Positions 35,916 to 50,111 are shown, numbered from the whole stretch's first letter. The stretch: DNA of 60,831 nucleotides, filler included, from Hausera hauseri (GCA_046269625.1; 10 parts of 10 records of this genome joined end to end with filler, not necessarily neighbours in it), one strand, 5' to 3'. Program-made: numbers and translations. Notes: generated from the sequence alone by a model not told the origin.

Positions 35916-38312
35916 ACTGATAAGTAAAGAGAGAATTATAAAAACGGATACCGGACAACCTAGGATCGACGGACCACGTTTTATCCGAGAATTAGAATCA
36001 CCAAAACGCCGAATTAGTATCGACGAGTTCCTGCAGAATTACGCTACCGTTTTCGTTCCAAATTCCAAATTCATATATCGAGAAATTTATAACGAACTGC
36101 ATGAGAAAACTTATGTGAAGTATGATCAGAGCAGTAAAATTCCTAACAATTTAAAGGGTATAACGGAGGAAAATAGGATTGTCTACCTTTACGCCATGAG
36201 AGAAGATAAGGATGCTCGAGCATATTCACTCAAACGAATAATCACGTATGAAAACCGTCAAATTATTTACATCCACCTAGCAGATGGAGAAATATATTAT
36301 CGATTCAAAGATCAAGAATGGAACACAAACAACGGAAGGCAATACAGATTTAGTATCCTTAGCTTACGTAGCGAAGATTTACAGCATTACGAATTAGAAT
36401 TCCGAGTAGCCGCCCTTCCCGTAAATATAATGTTCGAGGTAACGTACGACGATTACCCCTTTGTCAAACTGCCACCTTTGAAATTTCATAATCAACCGTC
36501 AGAAAAGGACTCTGGCACATTCTCACAATCTCATAGACTAGTGCAAGACGCCAGAAATACGAGAATCATAACAATCAATTGCGGAGAAGGGGATGAAGCG
36601 AAGAAAAATCCAATGTAAGTTTCAAGTCGAGAAACGAACGGAACAAAAGTATATTGTGCAATTATTAGCCCGAGAAAATGTGTTTGTGAGACATACTACG
36701 ATACGACAAGAATTCGCAAGGAAACACTCACAAGAGGTAGAGAGATCAAACTTGTCCAAGCTGAATTGAAACAATGTTTTTACGGATATATCCTAGCTGA
36801 ATATCGCATCGATAGAATTGTCGAACTCTTGGCGATACCGTGCTCAAGCATCGTAGGAATGCGTGAGATAGGAACAGACCCAGTAGTCGCCGAAAAAAGT
36901 AAACGAATATTGCGAGAAAGGAATTACCCTATGCCAAAAATTATGGACGCCTATTTCAAATTAATGGTTGACGCGATGAACAGCGAACATGTAAGATTAA
37001 CAAACTGTTAACCTCAAGTCAACGTACTCAATACTTGCGAGATATTTATGTAGCTTTAAAATTGGACCATGAGTGGACACCCAGTAATCCAGAACAAAAT
37101 TTACGAAGTACATCCGACCCGGAAACCATAAACAAAAAGTATCGTAAGCAGTATCGTTTGTATTCCCCGTGTAGAATCGTGGAACCCATGGGGCAGGATA
37201 ATATCAAAATAACTTCGGAAATGAGATAAATCGTGTACCGACGTGCCCAGCACCAGTTATGGTTCCCACATCAAACCAATTCCAGAAATGAAATCTAAAA
37301 TCAAGGAAATAGAAGCAATTGACACATTCAAAGTACCCAAAATTCCACCAAAAAGCTGAAAGCTGGAACACAAATTTCCCCGATTAAAAGAAAATTATCC
37401 CTCTATGATTACTTGTTCAGAAAGAAAAATAAAGGAACAAACTCAAACCAAGCTCAAGAGGACCGAACCGATGAAACGAACTAAGAACCCGAAATTTCAG
37501 AGATAGCAAGAGAAATCCCTACAACATCCGCAAATGACCAAATGACAATCCCAGAAAAACCCAAGAGAAAAACATACAAGTACAAAAACCTAGAGAGCGG
37601 ATTTCAACAACTGTTCAGGAAAGCAAATATCCTAAGAAAAAGGATTTCCCAAGAAGATATACACTTCGCAACAACTAAGGATTACCCGAAGATGCTAATA
37701 ACCAGCGAGTATTATAGTCACCAGAAAATTAAAGAAGCAATGTTTTTCGTGAAGACCACACCAGCTCGAGAAGTATACAAAAACACCTACATTTGGGAAA
37801 ATCCTAAGATAGGAAGGTATATTGCGCCAGTTTTCCAATCGAAAAGAAACGGCAAGTTAACAGTGCTAGTAGATAAACAAATGAAAGCTTTGCTGAAAAA
37901 ACAGCATCAGAAGTATCAAACGGATGGCGAAATTTCCGACTTAGATCGAGATACCATCGCCGATTGGATCTTAGTACCAGTAGGTTGTGACCCTAGAAAG
38001 AGTTCTGTAAACCCCAAACAAAAGAGAATCCATGGTTACCTATATCAAGATAAAGACGGTCTCATATTCGAACCCATAGAGCTCACAATAAGAGTAAATT
38101 TAGACGACGAGAAATGGGATAAAAAGGAAAACGAATGCCCAGTATGTGAAACAAATCTTAGTGAAAAATATGTTGTTTTGGATAATCGTGATTTTAGACA
38201 CAAATATTGCCGAGATTGCTTGGAAAAATGGACCCTAGATAATGGCAAAACCACCTACCCGGTGTGCAGAGCTGAAGCAACTGAACCGAAATACTTTTCG
38301 AACGGTAGTTAG
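35916..38312 (+). pseudogene. Accessory ORF3 of element A: N domain, dead DEDDh-like fold, conserved C domain, RING variant
   Basis: One frame runs from a polypyrimidine-AG (35914-5) through 36115..36618 and 36766..37011. It aligns with ORF 56301..58100. CPVC...HKYCRDCLEKW...YPVCR at the end. Confidence 0.7.
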
Positions 38313-38612
38313 ACCCGTGTAGTTCGAATAAAACCCCATTGCAGTTATGAATTGGAAATACGGACTCAGAAGTGAGCTTACGTAGACGAATAAATCTCCT
38401 AAGACAACCACGTTATGACGTCACCTCTCCTGACGCAATGGGCACTTACGAGGATGCCGCTCAGGGAGGGGAAATGTTGTAAAGACGTCCAATATTGAGA
38501 AGACGTCCAAAANNNNNNNNNNNNNNNNNNNNNNNNNNNNNNNNNNNNNNNNNNNNTTAATTAATTAANNNNNNNNNNNNNNNNNNNNNNNNNNNNNNNN
38601 NNNNNNNNNNNN

Positions 38613-40900
38613 TCTTGGAATGTACCCGGTGCTGCTGCTATTCCAAAAGGCATTCTGTTGAAACAAAATTGTCCCCGTTTAGTCGAAAAGGCTGTTTTCA
38701 ACTTAGATTCTTCCTCTAGTTCGACCTGGTAGTATGCGTTTCTCAGATGGATTGACGTAAAATATCTAGCCCGATATAGTTTATCCATCATTTCCATGAT
38801 ATTCGGCATGAATATGCTTGCCTTTATGTGACGAGTTTCAACTGTCTAAAGTCTAGACAAATTCTGACATCGTTTTTCTCTTTCTTCCAGACGCATATCA
38901 TCGGAGTATTCCAAGGTGATTTACATTTCTTGATTATATTGTTTTCCTATAAGTTTTGGATGGTCTCATCGATTTTAGTTTCTAAATCCACTGGTTGTCT
39001 ATGCGGTTTGATGTTAATTGGTGCATTTTTTGTGTCTATTCTATGCTTTACCAATGTTGTACAGTCGATATCCCACTTGTCAGCCACGAAAACGTCTTTG
39101 TTCTTTCGTACTATGTCCAATACGACTGAGTTTTTGTTTTTCCATAGAATCTCCTTCGCTCTTTTGAATCGTTCTTTATTCGTCACTTTTCGGCCAAATT
39201 TTCCTTCTACGTTACGTATATTATACCTTTGTTCTTCTCCATCTTTCTGTCCCCAACCTAATTCGATTTCAAAAGTATTTTGTAGTTCCATTCCTTCAAT
39301 TATTTCTGGTGATATGTCTGTCACTACTCTGAAAGTTACGCACTTTTGTACACTCTTGAGTTCCGCATTTACGGACAGTTCACCCATCCAGCCTAGGGGT
39401 CTACCATTTGCACAACGGAGCGCAATATCTGATTTCTCCAGCTGAACATCTATCAGACTTTCAAAAATCTTCCTACTCATTACGTTTACCCGTGCCACTG
39501 TGTCCAATAGGCAGTTTTCCCATCTACCCTGTATCTTTATTTTTATACCTGGCCGTCCTTGTAGTTTATCGTACGTGATCTGCTTTTGCGACAGTCCTGG
39601 AAAAAAATCCACTCTTCATGGAGGCTCTTGTTTTGACTTTCTGTAATTCGTACTTCTTCATTTCTGTCTCCAAACGTTCCCTCCTTTATGAACCGCCGTA
39701 ACTATTCCTCTCTTCTTTCCTTCATTTCTTCAATACCTTGTCTATTCCTTTCAATATTTTGGAAGCCTTTGGAGTTGTTTAATGTAATGCCCGACAAGCT
39801 CCACTTCTGTCGAGGCTCTGCCTTTTGGAGTTGTCGACTCTATGATGGATTCTTTATAGTCTTCATCAATATTTGCAACATATGCGTACCTGCTGTTTAT
39901 CCTCTCTACATATCTTTTCTGACCATACCACGCAGGTTTGAAATTGTCTGTATACGTATTTTGTCCTCCTCTGATCTTGTCCAATTTGTATAACATTCTT
40001 CTTCCCTGTGCACTTTATTGTGACACCTATTGAATTTTATGTTTATGAAATTTCGCTTTATGTGTCCTTGTTTCCGGCAGTTCCCGTCAATGTGCCCTTC
40101 TTTTCTGCAACCAAACATCTTGGTACTTGTTGGAAGTTGCATGTCCTGCTTTCATGCTGTCCTTCTAGCACGACCAGCATTTCATCCTTTTCTTTATATG
40201 CGTATTTTGTGATTTGAAATCCCTCCTTTCTTGTCTTGGTTTATCAAGTTTCTGCATTGCCACATCCCGATAACTCCGTCAACCCTCTCTAGTGTATTCT
40301 TTGACTGTGTCTATTTCTTGCATCTTCTTTGCAACTTTGTGAACTTTCTGTATTTTCAATTTGATTTGTTCTAAGTTTTTTTCGTCACCGCGGTAGATTT
40401 CCTTTCTCGTCTCCGGATCGTCACAACAGTGGATCACAATTCCTTTGTTAGAGCTTCCAGTGTTACTTTCTGGCTAAATATGCTTTTAGCCAGTTATTCA
40501 ATTTTGCTGAAGTAGGCGGCCAGTTCTACCACCTCATTCTGTAGTCCAAGGCCTCCTGCAGATCTCCACACAGTGCTGTCGGTTTTGAGAAGGCTTTTCT
40601 CAACCGGTTTTGGTATCCTTTCACTTTCTGGCTCACCAGATTGTATTTCTCCTGTGCTTCTTCCGCCAAAAGGCACAGGACCGCGGTTTCCCGGTCCGTC
40701 TCCGACATCTTTGTGAAGTCGAAGTATCTCTCGCATTTTCGAATAAAGTTTTCCACGTTGTCACACATTTGGAATTCTTTGACATCAATTTCTTCTCGAA
40801 AAATTCTCTTGAAGCGTTGGTCGCTGTGTTAGTAGATCGCGTTTCTACCATCCCGACTTCAATGTCACTTGATGATTGTAAAATACAATTATCCATAAAT
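38613..40900 (-). mobile_element. Degenerate Ty3/Gypsy gag-PR-RT 5' half
   Basis: Gag MVETRS...VENFIRKCERYF, zinc knuckles GCRKEGHIDGNC, protease LLDTVARVNV, RT HLRNAYYQVEL...MPFGIAAAPGTFQ. Probable LTR boundary at 40877. Confidence 0.92.
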
Positions 40901-41671
40901 GATTTATTATAAAAGTTTTATACAACATTTATCTCCTTCATTCAGGAAATGAGTCTTATTTTCCTTCTTTTCTGAATTTCCTGACTTTCTGTTCGCTGTT
41001 TACTGAATTATCTTTGAATTAAAACATTTTTATTTCAGCATTAATATCCGTTTCAATTCCTCCTCACAAGTAATATGTATAGAAGGAAAATTTAGATATA
41101 TTAGTAGTAGAATGTGAGCGATCTAGGACAAGCCCTCTTGTGTAATAAATCACCTGTTCGATTAAACCATTACTTTTAACGATGCAGCTGTTCCGGTTAC
41201 ATACTATCTTATAACGACATACCTGTTTCGGATAACGGATGCACCTGTTGCGCTTACGCAACACTTTCTCGTAAACTTGTTCCGCTCACACACATGCTTG
41301 TTCATGTCCTTACTCATTCGCTTACTCACAATCAACTGCTCAATATGGAAATTTGTTTATATGTTTTGTATATCTCGATTTTCCTCTATATTTCTAGAAC
41401 AACCCCCACGTCGCAATTATATAGTTCTTGCACATACTAGCTGTAATTATTATCAATATTCATTATTATTATTATTAATTAATTATTATTTAAAACATAT
41501 TTTAGTAATTGTATATTATTATTTTAATTATATTTTTGCACTTATTATCAATATTTAGTAATATTTTTCGGAATAATTATTAATTATTAATATTATTTTA
41601 GTAATATTTTGTATTATTTTAGTACTACTTACGGAATTTTTACTCCTTCAACCTAAATATTAACTGCACAA

Positions 41672-44043
41672 TAAGGTGGGTCATTTAGTACAGAAAATAC
41701 AACGCTTGCATTGGCTCTAGCATTAAAAGTTGCCTAATGGTACCAAAAGTTTCTGTCTAAATATTTATCTAATTTGAGCAATGTTTACTAGCCCCAACTT
41801 TAATTTCAAAATACCAAATTATGTAAATTAAAGCATTACAAACACCATATTTACAAAATCACCATCTAAGCATTTATAAAATACTTATAAAACGTCGGTC
41901 AGTTTGTTTTGCAGTTGAATAAATGTTGTTCATTACATGTATTGCTGTTTGGAGTCATTAGTGGAACATTTATGCTTTTTTCGCGATTCAGCAGCTGATA
42001 CAATCATGTTGTGTCTGGCTGTATTATCAAACAATTTATATGAGAAACGAGTTACTTCCTTAACGTCTAAATGCTTAACTGTGACATGGGAAGGTAGGTA
42101 AGATCACTGAACCATTTTCAGCTAACCGAAGTATTTCCGAATCAGGTATATTTTGTAGTACACTTGGAGGTGTGATAGTGTAATTACTCCAATCAACCAA
42201 GTCCACATAAGTCTGTGCCAAAAAGTTAATTTGGAAATTAGATCTAGAAAACTTTCTGACAACAAATTGAGTACAGCTCACTTTTATAGCGGCAACAATT
42301 TTTTGTGGTACTTGTTGTATAACATTAATATTGTCATCAGTTAATGCACACAAAAGAACATTTGGATGAGAAAAGTAATTATTTCGAGTCAGAAAATTAT
42401 GGACTACTCCACAAATTGACTGATCGGGGATCAGTCGAAATATATCAACGATAAAGAAGAAATTCCTGGTGCCGTCTTTCAAATAAGGATGGGTTTTAAT
42501 CTGAAACCAACTGGGAGCGTATACGGTAACAATATATGTCACAATAGACATCAGTTTCGCTGATGGTCTTTCACTACCAACGTATAAACGCAGAATGTGA
42601 TTTGCGCACGTCAACCATCTAGCGTGACTTAGATTACCAGGTGAAGTAGTGGATGGATAGGTATGATCACCAGCCTCAGCATTTTGGTATCAAAGTAGAA
42701 TAGCAGAGCAGATTCTATACAGATAAAGTTGATCTTTGCTTACGTCATGCCTTACTTCATCAGGTAATAGTGTTCGTACTCCGGTTATAGAATTGTAGTG
42801 TACTAGTGGCAATGAACATGGATCAAACTGAAACTTGCAACCAATTTCACCACAAAACCATTTTGATCGAACTGCTTCACCATCTAGATATTTGAAAACT
42901 CCTCTAAGATGCAGTTCACTGAGATGAAGCATGCAGATTATCCACTGAAATGCACGCTGAAGAATTAATTCCAATTGTCGGATTATACCACTTTGTTCAC
43001 CTGTGTTTGTGACTGTGCCATCGCATGAAAATGCTGTCAATGAATCGGCTGAGTTATTGTCATGTAGAACAGACATTATCTCACTTGCAAAATCTTTAGA
43101 TTTTTGACTTTGTGGAGCTACATTATCCATATACGTTCCATCCGGAAATTAAACAATAACACAGTGATCTTCTTTCTTAGATCTTAACATCGTTTTTTGC
43201 AATCCGGTATCATTGATTCTCCCATAAAATCCTACGCACTGAATGGTTTGATTGTTCATAATATGCCTCTAAATCTTATTTGTTGTTGACGTAATTTGAA
43301 AACAGAAGTAAATTTTCCGAAGAATTTAGATTCATATCCTGCAGTTTCTTATTTTACAAGCATCACGATTACTGACACCTGTTTGTTCTATGATTGTACA
43401 AAGATTAATGTATTTCCACATATTAGAACCATTGTCTACTTCATCAAATGTATCATCAATGTCATAATCATCAGAAAAGCTGTACTGAGAGCCATTTTCA
43501 GTTGAGTCAGAGATTTGCATATCATCCTGATGTAATATCTCTTCGGTTGCATTTAAATCAACTTTGTTTTTTTCTGTTTTTTCTTTTCTTTCTATTCTTC
43601 TCTATAGTACATTTGTTGTAAATCCACCGACTCACCCTATATACATATTTCTGTGTCCGTTTTGATCCAAACAAAACATCCACTCCATAATTGGCACTTT
43701 TATTTTACATGTAAATAAGCTTCGATCAAGTACACCAATAGAAACACATTTGCAGGGATAAATATCAAGGAGCATATTAGAACTTTCCTTTCTAGCTACA
43801 AAAGCATGAGACGTGCGTTTTGGAATTGGATACTGTGAGTTATAATCAAGAACGAAAACTCTAAATTTAAATTAGAAACATTTTTAAAATAAAAAAAATA
43901 ATTTAAGTGTAATATTAAAAGTATAATTTAAATTTAGAATTTTGGAACATTTGGGGAAATTTGTTTTCAAAGAAGTATTTTGGATGATAATAAAATTTTC
44001 AACTGGTGTTAACTTTTCAATGAGTAACTAGAAACGACCCAAT
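41672..44043 (-). mobile_element. Degenerate hATm-like DNA transposon
   Basis: CDGTVTNTG, CMLHLSELHLR, HARWLTCAN, VYAPSWFQIK, FPCHS. End TAAGGTGGGTCATTT at 41672 with an imperfect inverted match AAACGACCCA at ~44032-44041. The subfamily assignment is tentative. Confidence 0.65.
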
Positions 44044-44163
44044 TCCGCTTCGGCGGACATACCNNNNNNNNNNNNNNNNNNNNNNNNNNNNNNNNNNNNN
44101 NNNNNNNTTAATTAATTAANNNNNNNNNNNNNNNNNNNNNNNNNNNNNNNNNNNNNNNNNNNN

Positions 44164-44242
44164 ACTATCGATCGGCACATGTGCAAAATCGATTTATCGA
44201 TTCGCCCCCCAGGGTGGGCCATAACCGCCATTTTCGCCCTAC
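44164..44242. repeat. Second copy of the transposon-like end seen at 317-395
   Basis: Direct sequence match. Confidence 0.8.
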
Positions 44243-44532
44243 CTAAGAGGTGTAAAATCCTGCACCGGATATCACAAGCAGAACCCAGCACACATCCTAA
44301 AATAGACACAAACGTTTAACCGAAGTTGTTTAGTAATCGTTATCATAAACTCGAGTGTAACTTATTGTTATAGTCAGGAGACGCTACAATAATATCAAAT
44401 AATTGTTGAAAAGTTTGTTGTACTATTCTATTAGATAGTCTGAATATTAATAAAGATTTACAAAACAACACAAACATTTATCAACTATTATAGTATACAT
44501 ACTGGACTTATTACTAAAAACATAATAAACGT

Positions 44533-45427
44533 TTATATTGTGTTATCAAGTAAATAATACAAACCATTTGGACAGTTTGTTTGATTATTGTCATAAACAA
44601 GAAATGCATAAGGTCCGTTTGGAAGTTTTTTCATAATTATCGGATTCACTTGGCAGTATTCTAGTGCTGCTCTGAGCACAGTATTAACAACTTTCACTTT
44701 TTTAAATCCGAATGGGCAATCTCTGTTCAATGTCATTTGGACTCTTAAGTCTACTTCGGATTCTGGAAAGGTAAATTAAATACTGGCAATGATAATGTAA
44801 AAATGTACTGTCATTTTTCGAACACATTGGTATATTACACGGTTTAAATTTGAACTGTCTTTTAGAATGACTTCTCTTATCAATGAAACACCATGGACCC
44901 ATTGTATCCCCATCAGGATTACGACAATAATTCTCGGTAACGTTTTTCCCTCGTTGTTTATAACGAGTGTAAAGAGCGATGTTTTTCGACCACTTGACAC
45001 AAGGCGTTCCATCATGTGCAATATTTCTTGTGCCCATATAATTGAGACCCAGTTTCTCGGTTATGCATGTGACGTTGGGAATTTCATAGGTCGAATCATC
45101 AAATCGGTTGATGTCTGTCGCATTATGCAATTCATCATCATCAGTCTTCGTTCCTTCTTTCAACAATGGCAGGTTGTTTGTGTTGGATTTCTCCTTAGTT
45201 TCCAATAGAAATGGCAGATGTCGTGGAAAGTCAATTTCATTGTCATCATCGTCATTCAATGACTCGTCGTCACCACTTGTACTTAATATAAATTTTCTTA
45301 AATCGATAAACGACTTTATAGGGGAACGATCATAAGAAGGTAGTTTGCCGTTCCATGTGAATTTATCACCTGTGACAATCGTTGAAATTAATGTCAAAAT
45401 GGTGATTGAAAAGAAAATAATTTTCAT
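44533..45427 (-). CDS. Secreted kringle-domain protein, 2 exons (45427-44809, 44762-44533), ~282 aa
   Basis: Signal peptide MKIIFFSITILTLISTIVTG; kringle YMG...CVKW...ENYCRNPDGD..PWCF...CNIPMC. A 46-bp GT-AG intron at 44763-44808 joins in frame to ORF 44533..44736. Confidence 0.8.
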
Positions 45428-48224
45428 TGAATTCTGATGTAATTCATGTAGCGTAAATCATAAAGTGCCAACTGTTGAGGTTTGAAATAACGTTACTTAT
45501 AGGTTTATTAACCGGAAGTTATGTAACATCACTGAAGTGTAAACAGTGAAGTCTGATGGTTTAACGATTTATCATTTACATTTACGAAACTGTCAATGAA
45601 CGTCTCTTAACAGTAAAATTCTAAACTTTGTTTGAAATAAATAAACGTTATTATGTATATTGGTTTTTACTTACTGTACAATTATCATTATAGCTACTTA
45701 GAATTTTCATAATTTATTTAGTATAATAACTAAATGTAAAATTTATGGCATATAAAATGTATTTGATTCTACTAGAACAGTTCAAATAAATTTTAAATTA
45801 AATAACTAATCAATGGTCGATAATCATGATTCATATGTTTTGCAGTTGAAGTGTTGGACCTTCGAAATGACATTTTGGTGACATTGTGAATGTCAGAATC
45901 AACAACATTAGATTAAAAATAACAATCTGTACTTTCTACTCCCATGATGACAGTATTATAAAAGCTGCATCTGGGTTCAAATGCAACACATACGATTATT
46001 GTTTTATCTTTATATATGCTTAATTTTTTTATTCCAAGGATCAATGCGAATTTCATCATTTTCTTAGAAAATTATCGAATATAAAAAAGTGGAGATATTT
46101 CCTTTTGCTTTATTTTTGTAGTCTTGAATACCGTCACAAGCATTAATTATAACCCTTTTGTAAATCGGATGACCATATGGCATAACTTGTACCCGAAGTT
46201 AGAGTCGAGATAAAACAAGAATGATATTTCGGATATTATCCGTAATAATTTAAAAGTAGTTGACATTTGATAATAGTAGAGAAGTATTTATAGTCTTGAG
46301 CGACAACAGAAATCTTGATAACAATTTAAATTCATGTCTAACTGACAATTTGAAAATTGAATTCTCTTGATACATGAGTCATCCAACGAAATCGCGTAAA
46401 AATATATTTGCACTATTTGAACAATAGGGAAACCAAAAGTTCAAATCAGTAAAACAGCGTAGGGTAAATAATAACTTCATTATACGAGCTGATTTATTTT
46501 ATTGTAATAATTTTGTATAGTTATTGAAGTTTTGTAAAATATTTTAATGAATTTGATATGATATAAAGATATTTATCCAAATTATAAATAGACAAACAAG
46601 CCGCCAGCCATCTTTACTGATTGTTATCAATATTGTGTAACAGTGCAATCTGTAACTGTTTGTTGGCCTTCATCTGTTGAATTATTCACATATTGAGTTA
46701 CTATTTTTTAGTTCATACAATCCCAGAACATGCATACAGTAATATGAAAATCAACCAAATTCTGCTTATTTATTTTTCTACGTGAAATTTCACAATACTT
46801 TAATATTATTGTAATGATTTAAAATTAGATGCACTTGAATTTTCACAGAATCTTGTTTAATTTAACAAATCCATTATATAATATTCTTAAAATTAATTAT
46901 CCAGCATTTTGGCTATGAGGTTTTAATTTATCGAAAGTTTATTGCAAATCATTATCTACCTAAATCAGAAATTAATTCATTACATTGATTGGTCTATTAA
47001 ATACTCCTACACATGTTAATTTTTGAATCTTGTACCGACAGAAATCGGCATTTTAAAACTAAATTTTGGCATAGGGAAAATTTATTTGTGTAAACTACAC
47101 ATAAAATTTAAAATACATGTTTAATAGCGTAATACATAGAACAAATATATTAGTATGAAAATGGCATGAAATTGTACTTACATAATTTAAACATTTTAAA
47201 GTTTTATATTCAATGTTAAGTTATATATATATATATAATACAGTTATGTAGGGAAACTTATAATATTATGTAATATTTATATGGGTAGGACATTAAAAAT
47301 TGTATGATTTGCCCTACGGGTCATTTAATAGATGCTACATGTTAAAAATTTGTTGAAAATATGAGAAAAGGTAACATTAAAGTGAATCATTGTTTCCCGG
47401 TAAAATATGCTAAAAGAATCTATTCGAGACAATATTGCAGATTAATAGGTGTAATATAATTTTCTAAAATATAAATACAAAATACAGTGCACACACAAGC
47501 ATGAAGGCTAAGCAGCACTAACTGTAATTTTCTCGTAACAAATTCCCACACAGTCATGGAAACAGAAATTTGTTATTTATCAATCAATTGTCAAAAATGC
47601 GTCCGGTATTTTTGTCTGTTAAATGGTAGGTCTGCTAAATGAGTATTAAATAATGAGTACATTAAATGACATCATATAGAAATGAATGAAGTATCTGCTT
47701 TGGGAGATAGTGTTTTTTAGTTGAATAAGAGAATATCCTTCAGCTTTACACAAATTCCACTCATTTCAAACATTTCCTGTTATATACGTTTCAAACTAAA
47801 ACATCTAAATATAATAACATACTTGTCTGATTCAGTCGAAAATATATCAATTTACTAATTTGCAGGAACAATCAATTTTCTATTTTTATTCGAAAGGAGA
47901 TTATAACCTGACAAATTACTTAGTGCGTTATGTGAAATTCATTTATTCTATAATGAATGTTTATTAACAAAGTAATATGAAATATTAATATGCAACAAAA
48001 GTAATGTGCAACACAGCCATTTTAAGGAAAATGATAAAAAATACAATTTATGAAATATCAATTAATTCTTATTAATAAATATACAAAAAAGATATGAATT
48101 TGAAGCAATACCTAATAAGTACCATTAAAATCTAACGATATCTGTCATATTGACCAAATAGTATGCTGCATGAGAGACAAACTGTCTTATAATTAATACT
48201 ATATACTTTATTTTGTAAATTTGC

Positions 48225-48840
48225 ATGTCAAAAAGAGTGTTGTTAGCTTGTACTGGAAGTGCTGCAACAATAAAAGTACCAGAAATAGCTACAGAATTAA
48301 TAAAGAAAGATTACGAAGTTAAAGTTATATCAACAAAGTTTTCTTCTGCATTTTTAAAAAATTTAGAAGTTCCGTTAGCTATTTTGACAGATGATGATGA
48401 ATGGAATTCGTGGAATAAACGCGGAGATCCAATTCTTCACATTGACGTAAATTGTTCCATTTACTTATTGTATTAAATGTGTACAGCTGTGTGAATGGGC
48501 TGACATACTTGTAATTGCTCCACTGAGTGCAAATACTCTTGGAAAATTGGCAAATGGACTGTGTGACAATTTGGTTTGTTGTGTTGCTCGAGCTTGGCCG
48601 ACGACGAAAAACATTGAGGAAGACGAAATGCCCAAACCATTCTTAATTGCTCCAGCGATGAATACGCGAATGTGGAAGCATCCAATAACGAATAGCCATG
48701 TCAAATGTCTTCAAACAAACTACTGTGCTAAAGTGATTCAGACAATATCAAAAATGTTAATGTGTGGCAAATTTGGAGAAGGTGCAATGGCGGAAGTTCA
48801 TGAGATTATTGACGAGATCGATAGTTTTTTCAGTAGATAA
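48225..48840 (+). CDS. PPCDC: Phosphopantothenoylcysteine decarboxylase, 2 exons (48225-48446, 48487-48840)
   Basis: CTGSAATIK, LHID|LCEWAD..IAPLSANTLGKLANGLCDNL, APAMNTRMW.HP, LMCG..G.GAMAE. 40-bp GT-AG intron at 48447-48486. Confidence 0.95.
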
Positions 48841-49738
48841 CGAATTATCGTTGTGAATTTGTTGGGTTGATTTATAATAATGACATTGAGGGTTATTTTG
48901 GCATCGTTTTGGTTTTGTTTAATTTAGTGAAATACTTTTTGTTATCTGTTGTTTTCCTTTCTATTTGAGACATGATTCTAATCTTTGCAGATTGACGATG
49001 TCAAGATGTGGTCTCAATAATGAGATCTGTTTTCAAAATGCTATTTCTGGACAGAGACTGGTTGTTTCCTGAATTGTGGAATTTAACGTCGATTGCAATT
49101 CCGGTAGTCTTTGAGTTCAAAATAGTGTCACGGAATAATCCTCACTGGAATGGCACCCTTGTGATTTTCCCCGTAGATTTTGCATTCAGGATTTCTGCTT
49201 TATGGAACCTATCTGCCTATTTAAGATTTTTAAATTTTGGTTCTTTTCGTAGAAAATTAAACTTGAATAAATTTAAAATGTACAAGAGTTTCATGTTGAG
49301 AACAAGTTCTACAAGACGTGCCTTATGCGGAAAGCTACATGGAGGGGAACCACTTGAATGTACGTAATAAAACCACGAAATTAATTAAATGTAAATTTTG
49401 TGATAGTTACATGAGTATAACATTACAGAAACATAGTTTGTCGCCTATTCAGTGCACCATTGAGTCAATGTAATGGTTTCATTAAATCAATACATCAGAA
49501 AATTACTAAATTAACTTATTTTAATTTTTATATTTTATTTGAGTAACTTGTGCAAGTTAGGGCATGAGTCAACTTTCTAAACAAGCCATGTGTGCATAGC
49601 TAAATGGCTAACACAGCATAGTACTTTATCAATACATGATAAAGATCTTGTAATATGCTTTTTGTTCAAATAGAAATCTTCCTCAAAGCAAAATTAAATG
49701 CATTTCCAGCTGCACTTTCTGAATTATGGCGAGCTTAC

Positions 49739-50111
49739 TTTGGTGTTCATGTTTTGCGAGAACTCCAGGATGGTGTCCACTCTTGTCCACGCATCTGGAT
49801 GCTCTTTTAAGTGTGTCAACACTTCCTGCGCCATTCTTTGCTGCGATACAAAAACGGAGGGAACTTTTCAGGGTTCAGACCAACCAAACTCAGACCAGTT
49901 TATTTTAAAGAGGAGAATATGGTAAGAGAGATTAGATTGTCGATTATTCTGGGTCCGGTTTGGGTTAATGAAGCCAACAACGTACCTGAGGTCCCACGCC
50001 ATGATATAGGCAGTTCACAACATTATCCAGCAAGTTGATATCCAATTTCTGGTTGAAGTCCAGCAGCTGTTGTGCTGCATGGTCGGCTAACATTGTCATA
50101 ACTGCTGGCAT
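49739..50111 (-). CDS. XPO1: Exportin-1 first two coding exons (50111-49986, 49840-49739), vertebrate type, partial
   Basis: MPAVMTMLADHAAQQLLDFNQKLDINLLDNVVNCLYHGVGPQ|QRMAQEVLTHLKEHPDAWTRVDTILEFSQNMNTK; 126-nt and 102-nt exons with GT-AG borders. Confidence 0.92.

Larger units (their letters stand above)
33332..38512 (+). mobile_element. Env-bearing complex Gypsy element A (IN-env, ORF3, PPT, start of 3' LTR)
   Basis: Integrase motifs, membrane protein, accessory ORF, PPT AGGGAGGGGAAA at 38463-38474, LTR start TGTTGT at 38475. Confidence 0.85.

Noticed and set aside
45500-48200. Hidden genes in the long AT-rich interval
   Set aside because: There is no ORF or recognisable exon; it looks like intergenic DNA between divergent genes.
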